Source: a virus
Taxonomy: Duplodnaviria > Caudoviricetes
Virus record (IMG/VR): IMGVR_UViG_3300008259_003073
Reading direction: 5' to 3' (one strand)
Length of the DNA: 64,000 nucleotides
Each line of letters opens with the position of its first letter. The first letter of the stretch is position 1. Positions 28,301-37,679 of the stretch are shown one piece after another. Below the pieces are notes generated by a model. It was not told the DNA's origin. It saw only the letters and a program-made list of their open reading frames with translations, and made no database searches. A program made the position numbers and the translations under genes.

Positions 28301-30633
28301 ACATCAGTTGTATCTCCTGCTCCATCTTTATATCTTACTAATAACGTTAAAGAACCACTATCGGCAGTTAAAGTAGTAATACCATAAGTTGCATCATCAG
28401 GTGTTGAATCGTTTGCAATACAATTCACAGCAGTTGCAGAAATTACATCAAATCTATTATTTGTTGATAATCCTTCCTCTCTTGTAATATCTTCTCCACC
28501 AACTTTAACACTTACCGAACCACTTGTTGCTGCAAATGAAGCACTTGCTACAAATCCAGTTGATAATGCTGGTAATGTTGCGTTCTCATTTGTAAGATTT
28601 ACCGATAATCCATCTAATATTTTTACAGGAGTTACTTTTATAGCATCTGAAAATTGATTACCAAATTGGTCTGAACCCGAAATGAAGTATGTAGTTTCGC
28701 CTGTTAAAAATGGATAAGATGCACCCGATAATGTGTAGGTATCTACTCCGTTTGTCGCATTTGTATCTACAAATGTTAACGGTGGTTTACCACTACCCGA
28801 ATTTACGGTCAATGGAGTTGTTGCCGATGCTAAATTCTTACGTTTAGCTTCGATTGTTATTATTTGACCTACTGGGTTTAAAGATAAATCAGTTGCTTTA
28901 TAAATGAATTGGTTTGTATTAGATGTTACAAATAATCCAGGTGCATTTTCACCATCTTCAAATCTGTATACAGTTTCAAATTGTTCCAATCCCTCACAAG
29001 ATGCAGTATATACAATTGAACCAACTAATACTGATGATATACTACCACTAAAATTTGCAATAGTTAGTGTTGCACCCGCATCACTTACATTTGTTAATGT
29101 TCCAGGATAAGTTCCTCCGTATGATGATGGGTCTATGTAATTTCCTAAAGTGTCAAACGCAGACCTACCGTATGTAACAGAACCTGTTAAATTTGATTTT
29201 GAAACCTTAAATCCCAATTGTTGAAAAGCAGGATTACCAAATGAACCACTAGAAAATCTAAATGCAGTTCTATCCGAATCAAATGTTAATAATTTAGTGG
29301 TTATTCCTGCAGTTCCACCTGTAAAATTTGCACTTTGTGTTACCGATACTGGAACAAAATTATTGTTCACATCGTAAAATTCAAATTTAAAATTATATGT
29401 TTCATTACCAATAACTGTAGGCATTGTTGTAATAAACGAAATCTCATCTGGTGAAAATGCGGTATCTTCGGAAAGTCTTAAACTTATATTTCCAACATGC
29501 CATTCTCCTTGTGATTGAGAAAAATATAAAGAACCACTTTCAAAATCAGAATCTACTTTAAAAGGAACTACTGTATCTAATAAATTTTTTGTAGGAGTTA
29601 TTCCATTTAATGTAGTAATTAAAACATCACCCCCATCGGACCCACTTATGTATATTCCTAAATTACTTGCAGTAGATGATGAATAGAACGCATCCAAATT
29701 TAACTCGTAAGTATTTGATGCTTTTATATTCAATGATTGTGAATAAGTTAATAATCCACTTCCATTCAATTTCAATCCACCCTCAACTCTACTAGATGTT
29801 AATTCAGTGGTTAATGAACCAGTGTTCCAAAATAAAGGCAATACTTCGGATGTAAATGTACCAGTGTTACCTATAACACTTCCACTTAATTGTGTAGTTG
29901 TTAATAATTCTTTTGATTCTACTAATATATCTTGTATTAAATTAAAATCAGAAATATCTCCTTCAGAAGTTCTAAATACTTTTACTCTTTTTACATCACC
30001 CGCGAATGTTTCTAAATTTGAAAGTTTTATATCAGCAAATGATTGATTTACTCCAGAATCAACTTTTGAACCACTTTCTATTCTGTATATTGGGGATAGT
30101 ATTTCGTTAATAGTGGCAGTTGGTCTTTTATAAAAACGAATTTTGGTAGTATTTGCTAATGTAGGATTAACATTAACAGTTCTTTGCCACTTTACATTGT
30201 AAGTACCCTGCCAATCAATTGGTATAGGTGTTAATAACCCGTTGCCATCATAGTATGAACTTAATTCACCTAGTATTGTAATTGTACATGGACCATACGC
30301 GGTTGTATCTGGATAAACATATACTGCTACAACTTTTGATACTCCTTCGTAGTATTCTGTAACAAATGTTTCACCATCTATGGAAGAGGATACTATACCT
30401 TCTCCAGGTTCGTGATATATAGTATTTCCCGCAGCATCTTTAATTTCAATTTTAACTAAAGTATCGGCTACCAATTCTTTTGAACCTGCTATTAAAAATG
30501 CGTTTTTACCACCAGTAAATGCATCAGGTATTTCTGTTACATTGAAGTAAGTACTGTTTGGAGCACTATCTACTACGAATGTATTATACTTGTCTAAATT
30601 TTCAGCAAAAAGCGTTTTCTTTATTACGGCCAT
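25393..30633 (-). CDS. Long tail fibre with Ig-like repeats, collagen-like and hydrophobic repeats, and C-terminal S74 intramolecular chaperone
   Basis: 1746 aa, S/T/G-rich; GXY run; SSDKRLKENI..GVLAQEI..VLPEVV..GVDYEKII..LIEGIKE plus coiled coil. Confidence 0.85.
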   Translation of the reverse strand: MAVIKKTLFAENLDKYNTFVVDSAPNSTYFNVTEIPDAFTGGKNAFLIAGSKELVADTLVKIEIKDAAGNTIYHEPGEGIVSSSIDGETFVTEYYEGVSKVVAVYVYPDTTAYGPCTITILGELSSYYDGNGLLTPIPIDWQGTYNVKWQRTVNVNPTLANTTKIRFYKRPTATINEILSPIYRIESGSKVDSGVNQSFADIKLSNLETFAGDVKRVKVFRTSEGDISDFNLIQDILVESKELLTTTQLSGSVIGNTGTFTSEVLPLFWNTGSLTTELTSSRVEGGLKLNGSGLLTYSQSLNIKASNTYELNLDAFYSSSTASNLGIYISGSDGGDVLITTLNGITPTKNLLDTVVPFKVDSDFESGSLYFSQSQGEWHVGNISLRLSEDTAFSPDEISFITTMPTVIGNETYNFKFEFYDVNNNFVPVSVTQSANFTGGTAGITTKLLTFDSDRTAFRFSSGSFGNPAFQQLGFKVSKSNLTGSVTYGRSAFDTLGNYIDPSSYGGTYPGTLTNVSDAGATLTIANFSGSISSVLVGSIVYTASCEGLEQFETVYRFEDGENAPGLFVTSNTNQFIYKATDLSLNPVGQIITIEAKRKNLASATTPLTVNSGSGKPPLTFVDTNATNGVDTYTLSGASYPFLTGETTYFISGSDQFGNQFSDAIKVTPVKILDGLSVNLTNENATLPALSTGFVASASFAATSGSVSVKVGGEDITREEGLSTNNRFDVISATAVNCIANDSTPDDATYGITTLTADSGSLTLLVRYKDGAGDTTDVTKVVTYSKSKRGVPNVEVSVSPTAQSIQSNSRGSGSATPQTLTVTALEGGISRFTSLGTPTYTNGLAGSVSSNTIVFSSNASSMTSDSGTVTIPVNFTDSEGVSGTKNVTATISRVRSSAPVVNISANPQSQTVVSGSLVGIGTPSNVTVVVNEGGSNYTYNTSGANTFNITGVTNATNNGNGTITPNTPTSISGTSGVITISYRNSEGTAFTGRTIDFEVGVSGIGNTGATGATGATGANGANGANGQTGPGVVHTGVWTSGRTYQFSDGLTTGTGRRDTVLWSSTGSPPYNTYYATTRQHLSATGNVADGAPHQSSQTGWISLGAQDFFVAAKIGIFEDSFVQNTINIGTTSTTLSSANITIAGGSTNPYISIGQSSQGFNNTGIFLGQDSGVSKLSLKSATNSLTWDGTNLNIVGNLSVGSTVPNTVVTGLGTLATANSVTTGQVTGLGTLATQNTVSTGQVTGLGGLATLSTVTNAELAANAVTEGKIAADAVTSGKIVANAIVAGKIAADAVTATTIAAGAIIAGKIAADAVTATTIAAGAVTANKITVSELSALGATIGGWSISNDKISKTSTGTIEINSSDLGFFIKDGSRNAVIMTDDTSFRIASSTSALSDFSGTSSTTRNGPVFGQNLQAEASTTFNSNTVSTGVVAAGTEVSMTDAEISAMISNSLGTSYLMQISTATYVQTYHWISLEVVGVGEALIASGYVFYNNPNYERSITSTGGASIIIPSGGTYDVRIKHQIGVNYLVSGESITLKTPNFSGVNAVVGSAPRSVEICQAGLQSLYGSNQFKVDTSLSSTNFLTVKGSSNFTGLSTFSTLSATNGAITNLSVGEISISSGVLTINGDIRATGDMYALSSSDKRLKENIIPISNPMDKIKKIGGYTFNWNGISNKPKNIQEVGVLAQEIQEVLPEVVREKGDGYLGVDYEKIIALLIEGIKEQNSEIVELKNEIISIKKLLNR
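26666..26777. repeat. 60-bp-period tandem repeat in tail fibre (GKIAADAVTATTIAAG x2)
   Basis: ccagctgctattgtggttgc(g/a)gttactgcgtcagctgcaattttacctgcaa at 26666 and 26726. Confidence 0.85.
26880..27013. repeat. 51-bp-period (17-aa) repeat x3 in tail fibre
   Basis: VTGLGTLATANSVTTGQ / VTGLGTLATQNTVSTGQ / VTGLGGLAT. Confidence 0.8.
27541..27621 (-). repeat. Collagen-like Gly-X-Y run
   Basis: GNTGATGATGATGANGANGANGQTGPG; tgctcccgt 9-nt repeats. Confidence 0.85.
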
Positions 30634-30649
30634 TATATAATATCTTTAC

Positions 30650-30687
30650 TATAAATATCCTTAAAAAATAAATCTAACATATTTATA
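30650..30687. promoter_or_regulatory. Back-to-back ATATTTATA motifs (minus 30650-30658, plus 30679-30687)
   Basis: Each copy points toward the gene on its own strand (tail fibre, RHH gene). Confidence 0.6.
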
Positions 30688-30736
30688 TAAAGAAAACTAA
30701 TAAATACTTTAATAAACTAAAGATAACTAAAGAGTT

Positions 30737-30910
30737 ATGAAATACGCAATGTTACAAATCAAAAAAGAAACCCACGAACTTCTCAAAAATTATTGTGAAG
30801 AACATGGATTTAAAATGGGAAGTTTAGTTGAAAACTTAATTAAGAAACATGTTGGTGTTCCTAAAATTCAAAACGGTGTGTTAAAAGCAGATAAAATTAA
30901 ATCTTTTTAA
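30737..30910 (+). CDS. Ribbon-helix-helix (CopG/Arc-like) DNA-binding protein, 57 aa (not in ORF track)
   Basis: My translation: MKYAMLQIKKETHELLKNYCEEHGFKMGSLVENLIKKHVGVPKIQNGVLKADKIKSF; alternating strand, helix, G turn, helix. Confidence 0.75.
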   Translation: MKYAMLQIKKETHELLKNYCEEHGFKMGSLVENLIKKHVGVPKIQNGVLKADKIKSF

Positions 30911-31620
30911 TCCTCGTGTGAGTAGAATGATACTATATTATATTTAATATCATTCTTTACTTTTTCAACTTCATGGAATAAATTTTTATCAGAATCTAAT
31001 ACTACAAAATTAGGAAAAATTGGATTTACTTTAATATCATTTCCATTTAAATCATGTAATATCAAATGCCCACCGTTTGATTCACCCCATTCATTATTTA
31101 AAAAATACAAAAATACACATATTCTGTTGTTAGGTTGTCCATCATCGTGTAATTTTATTTCGCAACCTTCATTGTAAAATTGCAGTTTTGTATTTTCAGT
31201 AAATCTACCAAACGATTTTTCAGGATAGTATTTTTTTACAAAGTTTTTTTGAAAATTTCTTAATACTTCATTGTTTATTTTTCCATTTATTTCTGAATTC
31301 ATAGAGGTACCAAATACCCAAGTTGGATAAAATCCACATTCTTCAATTTTTTTCAATTGATATTGATGTGCTTTATTATAAACATAATCGGCAGTATTTA
31401 AATCTTTATCATTTTTTAAATACCCATCATACACCAATTCTTCCATATATGATTGGTCGTTGTATTTAAACCAATAATCATATCTAGAATGTCTTACAAA
31501 ATTTGTATTATCTATATAATCTTTTATTTGTTTAAACCCATCTAAATCGATTAGTTCGGAATAATCTTCCAACTTACCGTAAATGTATCCACTATTTCTG
31601 TAATTTTCTATACTTTCCAT
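30907..31620 (-). CDS. 2OG-Fe(II) oxygenase (prolyl-4-hydroxylase-like)
   Basis: LHDD (HxD), YFLN..W..GG.L, FHEV. Confidence 0.75.
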   Translation of the reverse strand: MESIENYRNSGYIYGKLEDYSELIDLDGFKQIKDYIDNTNFVRHSRYDYWFKYNDQSYMEELVYDGYLKNDKDLNTADYVYNKAHQYQLKKIEECGFYPTWVFGTSMNSEINGKINNEVLRNFQKNFVKKYYPEKSFGRFTENTKLQFYNEGCEIKLHDDGQPNNRICVFLYFLNNEWGESNGGHLILHDLNGNDIKVNPIFPNFVVLDSDKNLFHEVEKVKNDIKYNIVSFYSHED

Positions 31621-34600
31621 TAGAAATTAATTTTACTATATCCATTTTCTTTTTTAATTTCAATCAATCCATCTACTATATCTCTCATTTGTTCTAAATG
31701 GGAAATTATCCATATAAAATCAAATTGAGTTTTAAGATATTGCATCATCATAAATAGTGATGATAAATTATCTGAATCCAATGTGCCAAATCCTTCATCG
31801 ATTACCAAAAAATTTGGACGAGGTAAGTTACACACATTGATAAGAGCAACTCTAATTGCCAATCCACTAACAAATTTTTCCATACCACTACACATCTCCA
31901 ATGGCCATTCTTGGTCATCATAAACAATTTTGGCATTGATTGATTTTCCATCCATCTCCATCGTAACTCCAAAATCAACTACTTGTGCCAAAATATTATT
32001 TACCTCATTCTCAATTACAGGTAATGCTTTTGAAATTAACTCATATGGGATTCCATCTCTCTTTACTGAATCCAAATAATAGGTATACAGGCGGTTCTTT
32101 TCTTCCAATGCCTTAACATCATTCATCTTCTGTTTTATGTCCTCTATAAACGAAGATATGGATGTAATAGAACCATTTAAATTTGTTATATCTTTATTTA
32201 ATTTACTAATATCATTTGCAATAGTATTTTTTGCTTTATTTAATTCAGAAATTTCACTTTCTATTTCTTTATTTCTAGAAATAGTATCTTCATTTTCATA
32301 ATACTTATCTATATTTTCATCAATTGTATCTAATTGATTTTGTAATAATTGTTCTTTAGTTTTTAAAGCACTTAATTCTATTTGTGTTTTTTCTAAAATA
32401 ATTTTACTTCTAGAGTATTTGTTTTTTAGTTCATTCCACTCATTATATTGCTCTTCAACTCCATTTAAGGAATCTAAAACACAATTGATTGCAGCAACTT
32501 CATTAAAAGTATGCTCTACTGATATTTGCAATCCTTCTAAATCTGATTTTGCTTTTACTGCATCTTTCACAAATTCATTATCACAACAGAATTTACAATT
32601 AGGGTCATATTGGTGATTATTTAAATGTCCAATCTTTTCTTCAGCTACTTCTAATTGTTGTTTTGCTTTTTGGTATACTTTTTCTGCTTCAACTAAATCT
32701 TTGGATTGTTTTACAAAATCGTTATGAGCAATTTCTATATCAACTTCATTGTCATCTATTGTGAATTTACATTTTTCAAATAGGGATTGTGAAACTTCGG
32801 TAAGTAAAATTTTATGTTGTTCAATTTTACTTTCTTTTAATTCATAATCAGTTTCTGCATCTTCAATCTGTTTCGATATAGAGTTTCTTTTTGATTCTAA
32901 TAAAGATAAATCAAGATTAGAATCAATTGGAGTTAATTCTCTACTTAAATTTACAATTTTATCATTTAATTCACTTACTTCCGTATTTTTATCACTTAAT
33001 AATACTTCTAATCCCTTTAATTGTGATTTTTTTTCCAATAATTCCTTACCCTTTTCGGCAAGTTCTGTTGTAAAATCTGTTTTCTTAAAGTTTTTAATCA
33101 ATACGGAAACTTCTCTAATATCTTCAGTTGCAGTATCATATAGTTTATCAAAAATAGTTAAACCCATAAATTGTGCAAGAAGGTCTTTCCTTTCTGATTG
33201 TGATTTATCAATAAAAAGGGCATTATTACCTTGCAGTGATAGTGCAGTTAGTACAAAATCTTCATATTTTCCAACATATTGTTCAATAATTTGGTTTGTA
33301 TCTCTTCTTTCGGTTCCATTTAGTGATGTTTTAGTATCACCATCTTGTCTCCAAAATTGAACATCTACTTTTACATTTTTTCCTTTGTTAATCGTTTTAG
33401 CAGTTCTCTGAATACCATATTCTACCCCATCTATTTGAAAATATAGTGTACAATCAAAATCCGTTTTACGATTATTTAAGATATTAGATGCTTTATATGC
33501 TCTACTACTCTTATCATATAAACAAAACGATACTGCATCAAATAAAGAAGATTTGCCCGCTGCATTTGGGGCAAATAATCCAACTAATCCGTTTAATTTT
33601 GTAAAATCAATTTTGTTACTTTCTCCATAACTAAACATATTTGAAAACTCAAAACGAATTGGTTTCCATTGAATGTTGCGTTGGATGTCATCTTGAACGA
33701 TTCTACTATTTATATCTCTGTTAATCAATTCTAGCCCTTTTAAATCTTCAGGAACTACAAAAGGCATCATTCTCTCAATATACTCATTTATAAGTGAGTT
33801 TTGATAATTGATGTCTGAAATATCTTCAAAGTCTAATTTGTTTAATCTATCACCTGTTTTAGATTTAGAAAGGGAATCGGTTCTAATAATTGTAAAATCC
33901 TCAACACCATATCTCATTTTAATTTCAGCCATTACTCTTTTAGTATCAGCGGAATCGGTATTAGATAAACGAACTCTCAAACGAGGTTTCTTTGGCATAT
34001 CGGATACGATAGGAACTTTCCCATTATCAATATCCATAGTATAATACCCATAATCGTTTTGGATATCAACTGCTTCGTAAGTAAAAGTATCCAAATCCCA
34101 AACGAGGAACCCATGTTTATCTAGGGTTTCACCAAAGTTTTGTTGAATAAGAGAACCAGCATAGACAACCTTACAACCTTTTGGAGAAATCATCTCTTGT
34201 CGTTTGTGAATATCACCTAATAAGGCTAAATCGTATCCATCAAACATATCAGTTGTAAAATGACGAGATGAAACGGTGTATCCAATATCTGTTTGAGAAT
34301 TATCAACTGGCCCGTGAAATAAAGCAATCTTTTTGTTTCCAAATATAGTATTTGCTTTTGGCCAATTTGCTTTATTATCAAAGATACTGAATACCGCAAA
34401 ATCTATTCCACCAATACCATACACTTGAGTATCTTTGAGATATGTAAAGTTTGGTAAGTTTAAAGCATCTACAATTGGAGTAAGAACATCCAATCTATCA
34501 GAGTTATTCATATTACAATCGTGATTACCTGTAATAAGGATTGTTTCACAATGTTTAGAACACTCCGTAAATAACCAACTAATCTCCCTAACTAATTCAG

Positions 34601-34778
34601 GAGATAATTCTAATTTAGCATGAGCAATATCACCTGCTAAATAAATGATTGAATCATCCGTACCTCTTTTACGAATCTCCTCAAACATCTTTTCAAAAAC
34701 CTGTCTGTACTCATTGTGTCTTTTCACATTACGGATGTGTATATCTGCAATATGATAAATCTTTTTCAATCTACTCAT
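31620..34778 (-). CDS. Mre11/SbcD nuclease - Rad50/SbcC ATPase fusion (gp47-gp46-like)
   Basis: DIH, GD, GNHD, GDIH phosphoesterase motifs; Walker A PNAAGKS; zinc hook CKFC; CSGME signature; Walker B IDEGFG. Confidence 0.92.
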   Translation of the reverse strand: MSRLKKIYHIADIHIRNVKRHNEYRQVFEKMFEEIRKRGTDDSIIYLAGDIAHAKLELSPELVREISWLFTECSKHCETILITGNHDCNMNNSDRLDVLTPIVDALNLPNFTYLKDTQVYGIGGIDFAVFSIFDNKANWPKANTIFGNKKIALFHGPVDNSQTDIGYTVSSRHFTTDMFDGYDLALLGDIHKRQEMISPKGCKVVYAGSLIQQNFGETLDKHGFLVWDLDTFTYEAVDIQNDYGYYTMDIDNGKVPIVSDMPKKPRLRVRLSNTDSADTKRVMAEIKMRYGVEDFTIIRTDSLSKSKTGDRLNKLDFEDISDINYQNSLINEYIERMMPFVVPEDLKGLELINRDINSRIVQDDIQRNIQWKPIRFEFSNMFSYGESNKIDFTKLNGLVGLFAPNAAGKSSLFDAVSFCLYDKSSRAYKASNILNNRKTDFDCTLYFQIDGVEYGIQRTAKTINKGKNVKVDVQFWRQDGDTKTSLNGTERRDTNQIIEQYVGKYEDFVLTALSLQGNNALFIDKSQSERKDLLAQFMGLTIFDKLYDTATEDIREVSVLIKNFKKTDFTTELAEKGKELLEKKSQLKGLEVLLSDKNTEVSELNDKIVNLSRELTPIDSNLDLSLLESKRNSISKQIEDAETDYELKESKIEQHKILLTEVSQSLFEKCKFTIDDNEVDIEIAHNDFVKQSKDLVEAEKVYQKAKQQLEVAEEKIGHLNNHQYDPNCKFCCDNEFVKDAVKAKSDLEGLQISVEHTFNEVAAINCVLDSLNGVEEQYNEWNELKNKYSRSKIILEKTQIELSALKTKEQLLQNQLDTIDENIDKYYENEDTISRNKEIESEISELNKAKNTIANDISKLNKDITNLNGSITSISSFIEDIKQKMNDVKALEEKNRLYTYYLDSVKRDGIPYELISKALPVIENEVNNILAQVVDFGVTMEMDGKSINAKIVYDDQEWPLEMCSGMEKFVSGLAIRVALINVCNLPRPNFLVIDEGFGTLDSDNLSSLFMMMQYLKTQFDFIWIISHLEQMRDIVDGLIEIKKENGYSKINF

Positions 34779-35716
34779 AAACTATTTATTTTATTTAATA
34801 GTAATTCTTCCGAAGTAAACTCTTTAGTTTTATTTAGTTCTTCGTAGAATTTTTCATACCCCATATCAGCGGCATCTTTATCTTTCAAATACATCATCTT
34901 AACTTGAATTCCATTCTTTCTAAAGTATTCCGCAGCTTTTAATGCTTCATTCATCGCATCGTTATCTAATGAAATTACAATATCACTAACTCCACTCATA
35001 AAGATTTTCTCAACCAATTGTTTGGATGGAAACTTACCTAAAAGTGGAATTGCATTTCTTTTGATTGTGATTGCATCAAATACACCCTCACATAGTATAA
35101 TTGGTTCATTCCAATTAACCTGTGATTCTAAACAAATTATATTTTTACTGATTGGAGGGTTTTTGTATTTCATCTTCTCATCTGGATAATAAGAACGAGA
35201 AACAAAATAGTTTAGTAAACCATCCGAACTGTACGATGGTATAATTATTCTCCTACTATACAACCCATCTTTGCAATAACCAATGTTATATTTAACAATT
35301 TCCTTTATACCAATTCCTCTTTGAGAAAGATAGAACATAGCATGTTTATATTCTGGATTGAATCCAGTTGGTTCATCTGCTAATGAAATAAATTCCTTTG
35401 GGAGTTGTATAAATACTCTAGTTTCAGCATCTTCTTGTTGAGGTGTCCAATTACTATCTCCGTAGATTTGTCTAATTATGGATATAGTTTGTCTATCCAC
35501 ATCCAACTTACGAAGTAGAGATGTAAGTTTTTTACCACCACTATTACAATTCCAACAATGCCATTTCTGACTTTCTGTATTTACTTGCAATTTAGGTTTG
35601 TGGTGGTTACAGAAAGGGCAATAAAAGGCCAATTCATTACCTTTTAAATAATTGTATGTACCCAACACATTTGATAGTGTGGATGTAACGAGATTTTTAT
35701 CAGTTTGATTCAACAC
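34775..35716 (-). CDS. DNA primase (Zn finger + TOPRIM)
   Basis: CPFC.HH..WHCWNC, KYKNPP, CEGVFDA, LDNDA; GTG start. Confidence 0.88.
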   Translation of the reverse strand: MLNQTDKNLVTSTLSNVLGTYNYLKGNELAFYCPFCNHHKPKLQVNTESQKWHCWNCNSGGKKLTSLLRKLDVDRQTISIIRQIYGDSNWTPQQEDAETRVFIQLPKEFISLADEPTGFNPEYKHAMFYLSQRGIGIKEIVKYNIGYCKDGLYSRRIIIPSYSSDGLLNYFVSRSYYPDEKMKYKNPPISKNIICLESQVNWNEPIILCEGVFDAITIKRNAIPLLGKFPSKQLVEKIFMSGVSDIVISLDNDAMNEALKAAEYFRKNGIQVKMMYLKDKDAADMGYEKFYEELNKTKEFTSEELLLNKINSL

Positions 35717-35720
35717 AAAT

Positions 35721-35751
35721 CAAAGATAGTATAAATATTTTAGATTTACAA
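35721..35751 (-). promoter_or_regulatory. Bacteroidota-type -33/-7 promoter with embedded ATATTTATA
   Basis: TTGT-N19-TATCTTTG (exact TAnnTTTG); ATATTTATA at 35730-35738 lies in the spacer. Confidence 0.65.
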
Positions 35752-35756
35752 GTCTT

Positions 35757-36161
35757 TTAAAACCAATCCTCTGGAATAATCTTATCAGAGTATTTGAATC
35801 CGTTTTTATCACACCAATCTCCATACGAAGTTTTAGAGCTTTTTGTGATTTTGTTTTTTGAATTAGAAAATACGAATCTTATATCCAGTTCTGGATTTTG
35901 AGATTTAACTAACAGATGCTTTTTCCTATCAGCTGCAACAAATCTACCTTTAGTTTCTACAAAAATACCATTAGGTAATTTGAAATCAGGATTATAAGTG
36001 TGGTTCGAAGCGGGTATGATGTAAGGAATCTTTTCAGATTCATATTTAACATCAATACCCCTCTCTTTGATTTGGCTTGAAATAGTTTCTTCAAGACCAG
36101 ATTTGAATCCGTGTTTTCTAGCAACCCAACTTTTAGACTTCTTTGTAACTTTTTTAGCCAT
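35757..36161 (-). CDS. T7 endonuclease I-like Holliday junction resolvase
   Basis: FKSGLEE, YNPDF.LPNG..VETKGRF, DIRFVFSNS, YGDWC.KNGF. Confidence 0.88.
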   Translation of the reverse strand: MAKKVTKKSKSWVARKHGFKSGLEETISSQIKERGIDVKYESEKIPYIIPASNHTYNPDFKLPNGIFVETKGRFVAADRKKHLLVKSQNPELDIRFVFSNSKNKITKSSKTSYGDWCDKNGFKYSDKIIPEDWF

Positions 36162-36167
36162 TAAAAA

Positions 36168-36377
36168 TTATCGTTTTACTGATTCCGAATACTTTGCAAA
36201 GTTCTTTTCACCACCTCTACCTGTTTTGAATTTTGTAGCAGTTAAAACTTGCTCATCTGCTTTTTTCAAATCATTTGTAGAATATGGAGTGTTTGCAGCT
36301 TTTCCAGCTTCGAATGAAATCTTATCAACACCTAGTGATGTTTGTTGTGCTTTGTATAATTCTTCTAATGTTGCCAT
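36168..36377 (-). CDS. Hypothetical protein
   Basis: 69-aa ORF with its own ATATTTATA at 36395-36403. Confidence 0.65.
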   Translation of the reverse strand: MATLEELYKAQQTSLGVDKISFEAGKAANTPYSTNDLKKADEQVLTATKFKTGRGGEKNFAKYSESVKR

Positions 36378-36407
36378 TTGTTTTGTAGTTTAAGTATAAA
36401 TATAAGA

Positions 36408-37580
36408 TTATGTGTCAAATCGTATAATAAAGTTAACCGGAATATCTCTTTCTGATTTAATTGGTTGAGGAAGTTTAGCTACTGCAACTAAATCACAATT
36501 ATCATCATATAAACCAATTGTTGTAATGAATGGTGTTAAGAAAGAACCAGTTGAATCAATAGAACTACTTAAATCGTAATGTTCAAATCCTGCAAAGTGA
36601 GTTGAAGAACTTACGGATGATGTATAACGATAATCCAAAGTATTTCCATTTTCTAATACAGATTTTTTACGAATATATTTAACAGGTTGTTTAGAGTATA
36701 CTCTATGTGTGTTTCCAGAAGAGTCAACAAATGATTCGTATTCACCACCTTCCGTTACAACTGCGGATGGGTTTTGTGAAACATTGAATTCATCTTCATT
36801 AACAATTAGCAGATATTCATGCTCATAAATTGTTTTTGTAGATTTGAATGATACCTCCCAATTAGATATTAATACATCATTAAGTGCACGAGTGATTACA
36901 ATCAAACCTTGAGTATAAAATATATTACCAATTGAATTTGTTCCTGCTGCGCCTGATAAGAATGGTATATTATCTACTACCATTACACCACTTTCAATGT
37001 TAAAACTAACAATGTTCATATCATAATTCACACCATTATAAACTAAATTGAATGTTTCTGATTGAATATCAAAATCACCAACTGCAGTTTGGAAAGAAGC
37101 AGTATATGGAGAAGAAGCCAAGTCTGTAAATATGATTTCATTATCTTGAATATCTACAGATACTATAGTAATAGTATCACCTGCCGAATCTATTAAATTT
37201 CCAAAGGTATCATCTATATATGTTTTACCATTATCCAATAAACTGATTGAACCTTTTTTGATTCCCTCACCAACATATATCTGTGGAATAGAAATTACTT
37301 TTGCAGACCCACTTAAAAATCTATCTCTACCTGAATCAGAGGTTTCGTATGTATTATTTTTGGAACCAAATCTCAAAAATGGATTATCTTCTAAACCATT
37401 ATAAAATTGCGCTCTTAATTGTCCGTATATAGAGTTTTTAGGATACCCGTTTGATAATTCAGATGATGATATATTGGCTTCTAAAAAAGTAATTTGATTG
37501 GAACCACTGGAAAAGTTCCATTCTTTGTAGGCTTTGAAAGGCCTAATACTAATATCCGATTTTGGTATTCGTTTTAACAT
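36408..37580 (-). CDS. Putative virion/baseplate structural protein
   Basis: Ends ITTIGLYDD..LVAVAKL..PIK, shared with 37680..38915; ATATTTATA at 37587-37595. Confidence 0.55.
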   Translation of the reverse strand: MLKRIPKSDISIRPFKAYKEWNFSSGSNQITFLEANISSSELSNGYPKNSIYGQLRAQFYNGLEDNPFLRFGSKNNTYETSDSGRDRFLSGSAKVISIPQIYVGEGIKKGSISLLDNGKTYIDDTFGNLIDSAGDTITIVSVDIQDNEIIFTDLASSPYTASFQTAVGDFDIQSETFNLVYNGVNYDMNIVSFNIESGVMVVDNIPFLSGAAGTNSIGNIFYTQGLIVITRALNDVLISNWEVSFKSTKTIYEHEYLLIVNEDEFNVSQNPSAVVTEGGEYESFVDSSGNTHRVYSKQPVKYIRKKSVLENGNTLDYRYTSSVSSSTHFAGFEHYDLSSSIDSTGSFLTPFITTIGLYDDNCDLVAVAKLPQPIKSERDIPVNFIIRFDT

Positions 37581-37601
37581 ATCACATATAAATATAAAGA
37601 A

Positions 37602-37629
37602 ATAAAAAACCCCATATTACTATGGGGTT
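37602..37629 (-). terminator. Rho-independent terminator
   Basis: AACCCCATA-GTAA-TATGGGGTT stem-loop followed by a T-tract on the minus strand. Confidence 0.8.
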
Positions 37630-37679
37630 GAAACTCCAACGAGTCGGTCCTACGAGTCTATCATAGGAGTGGTAATTTA

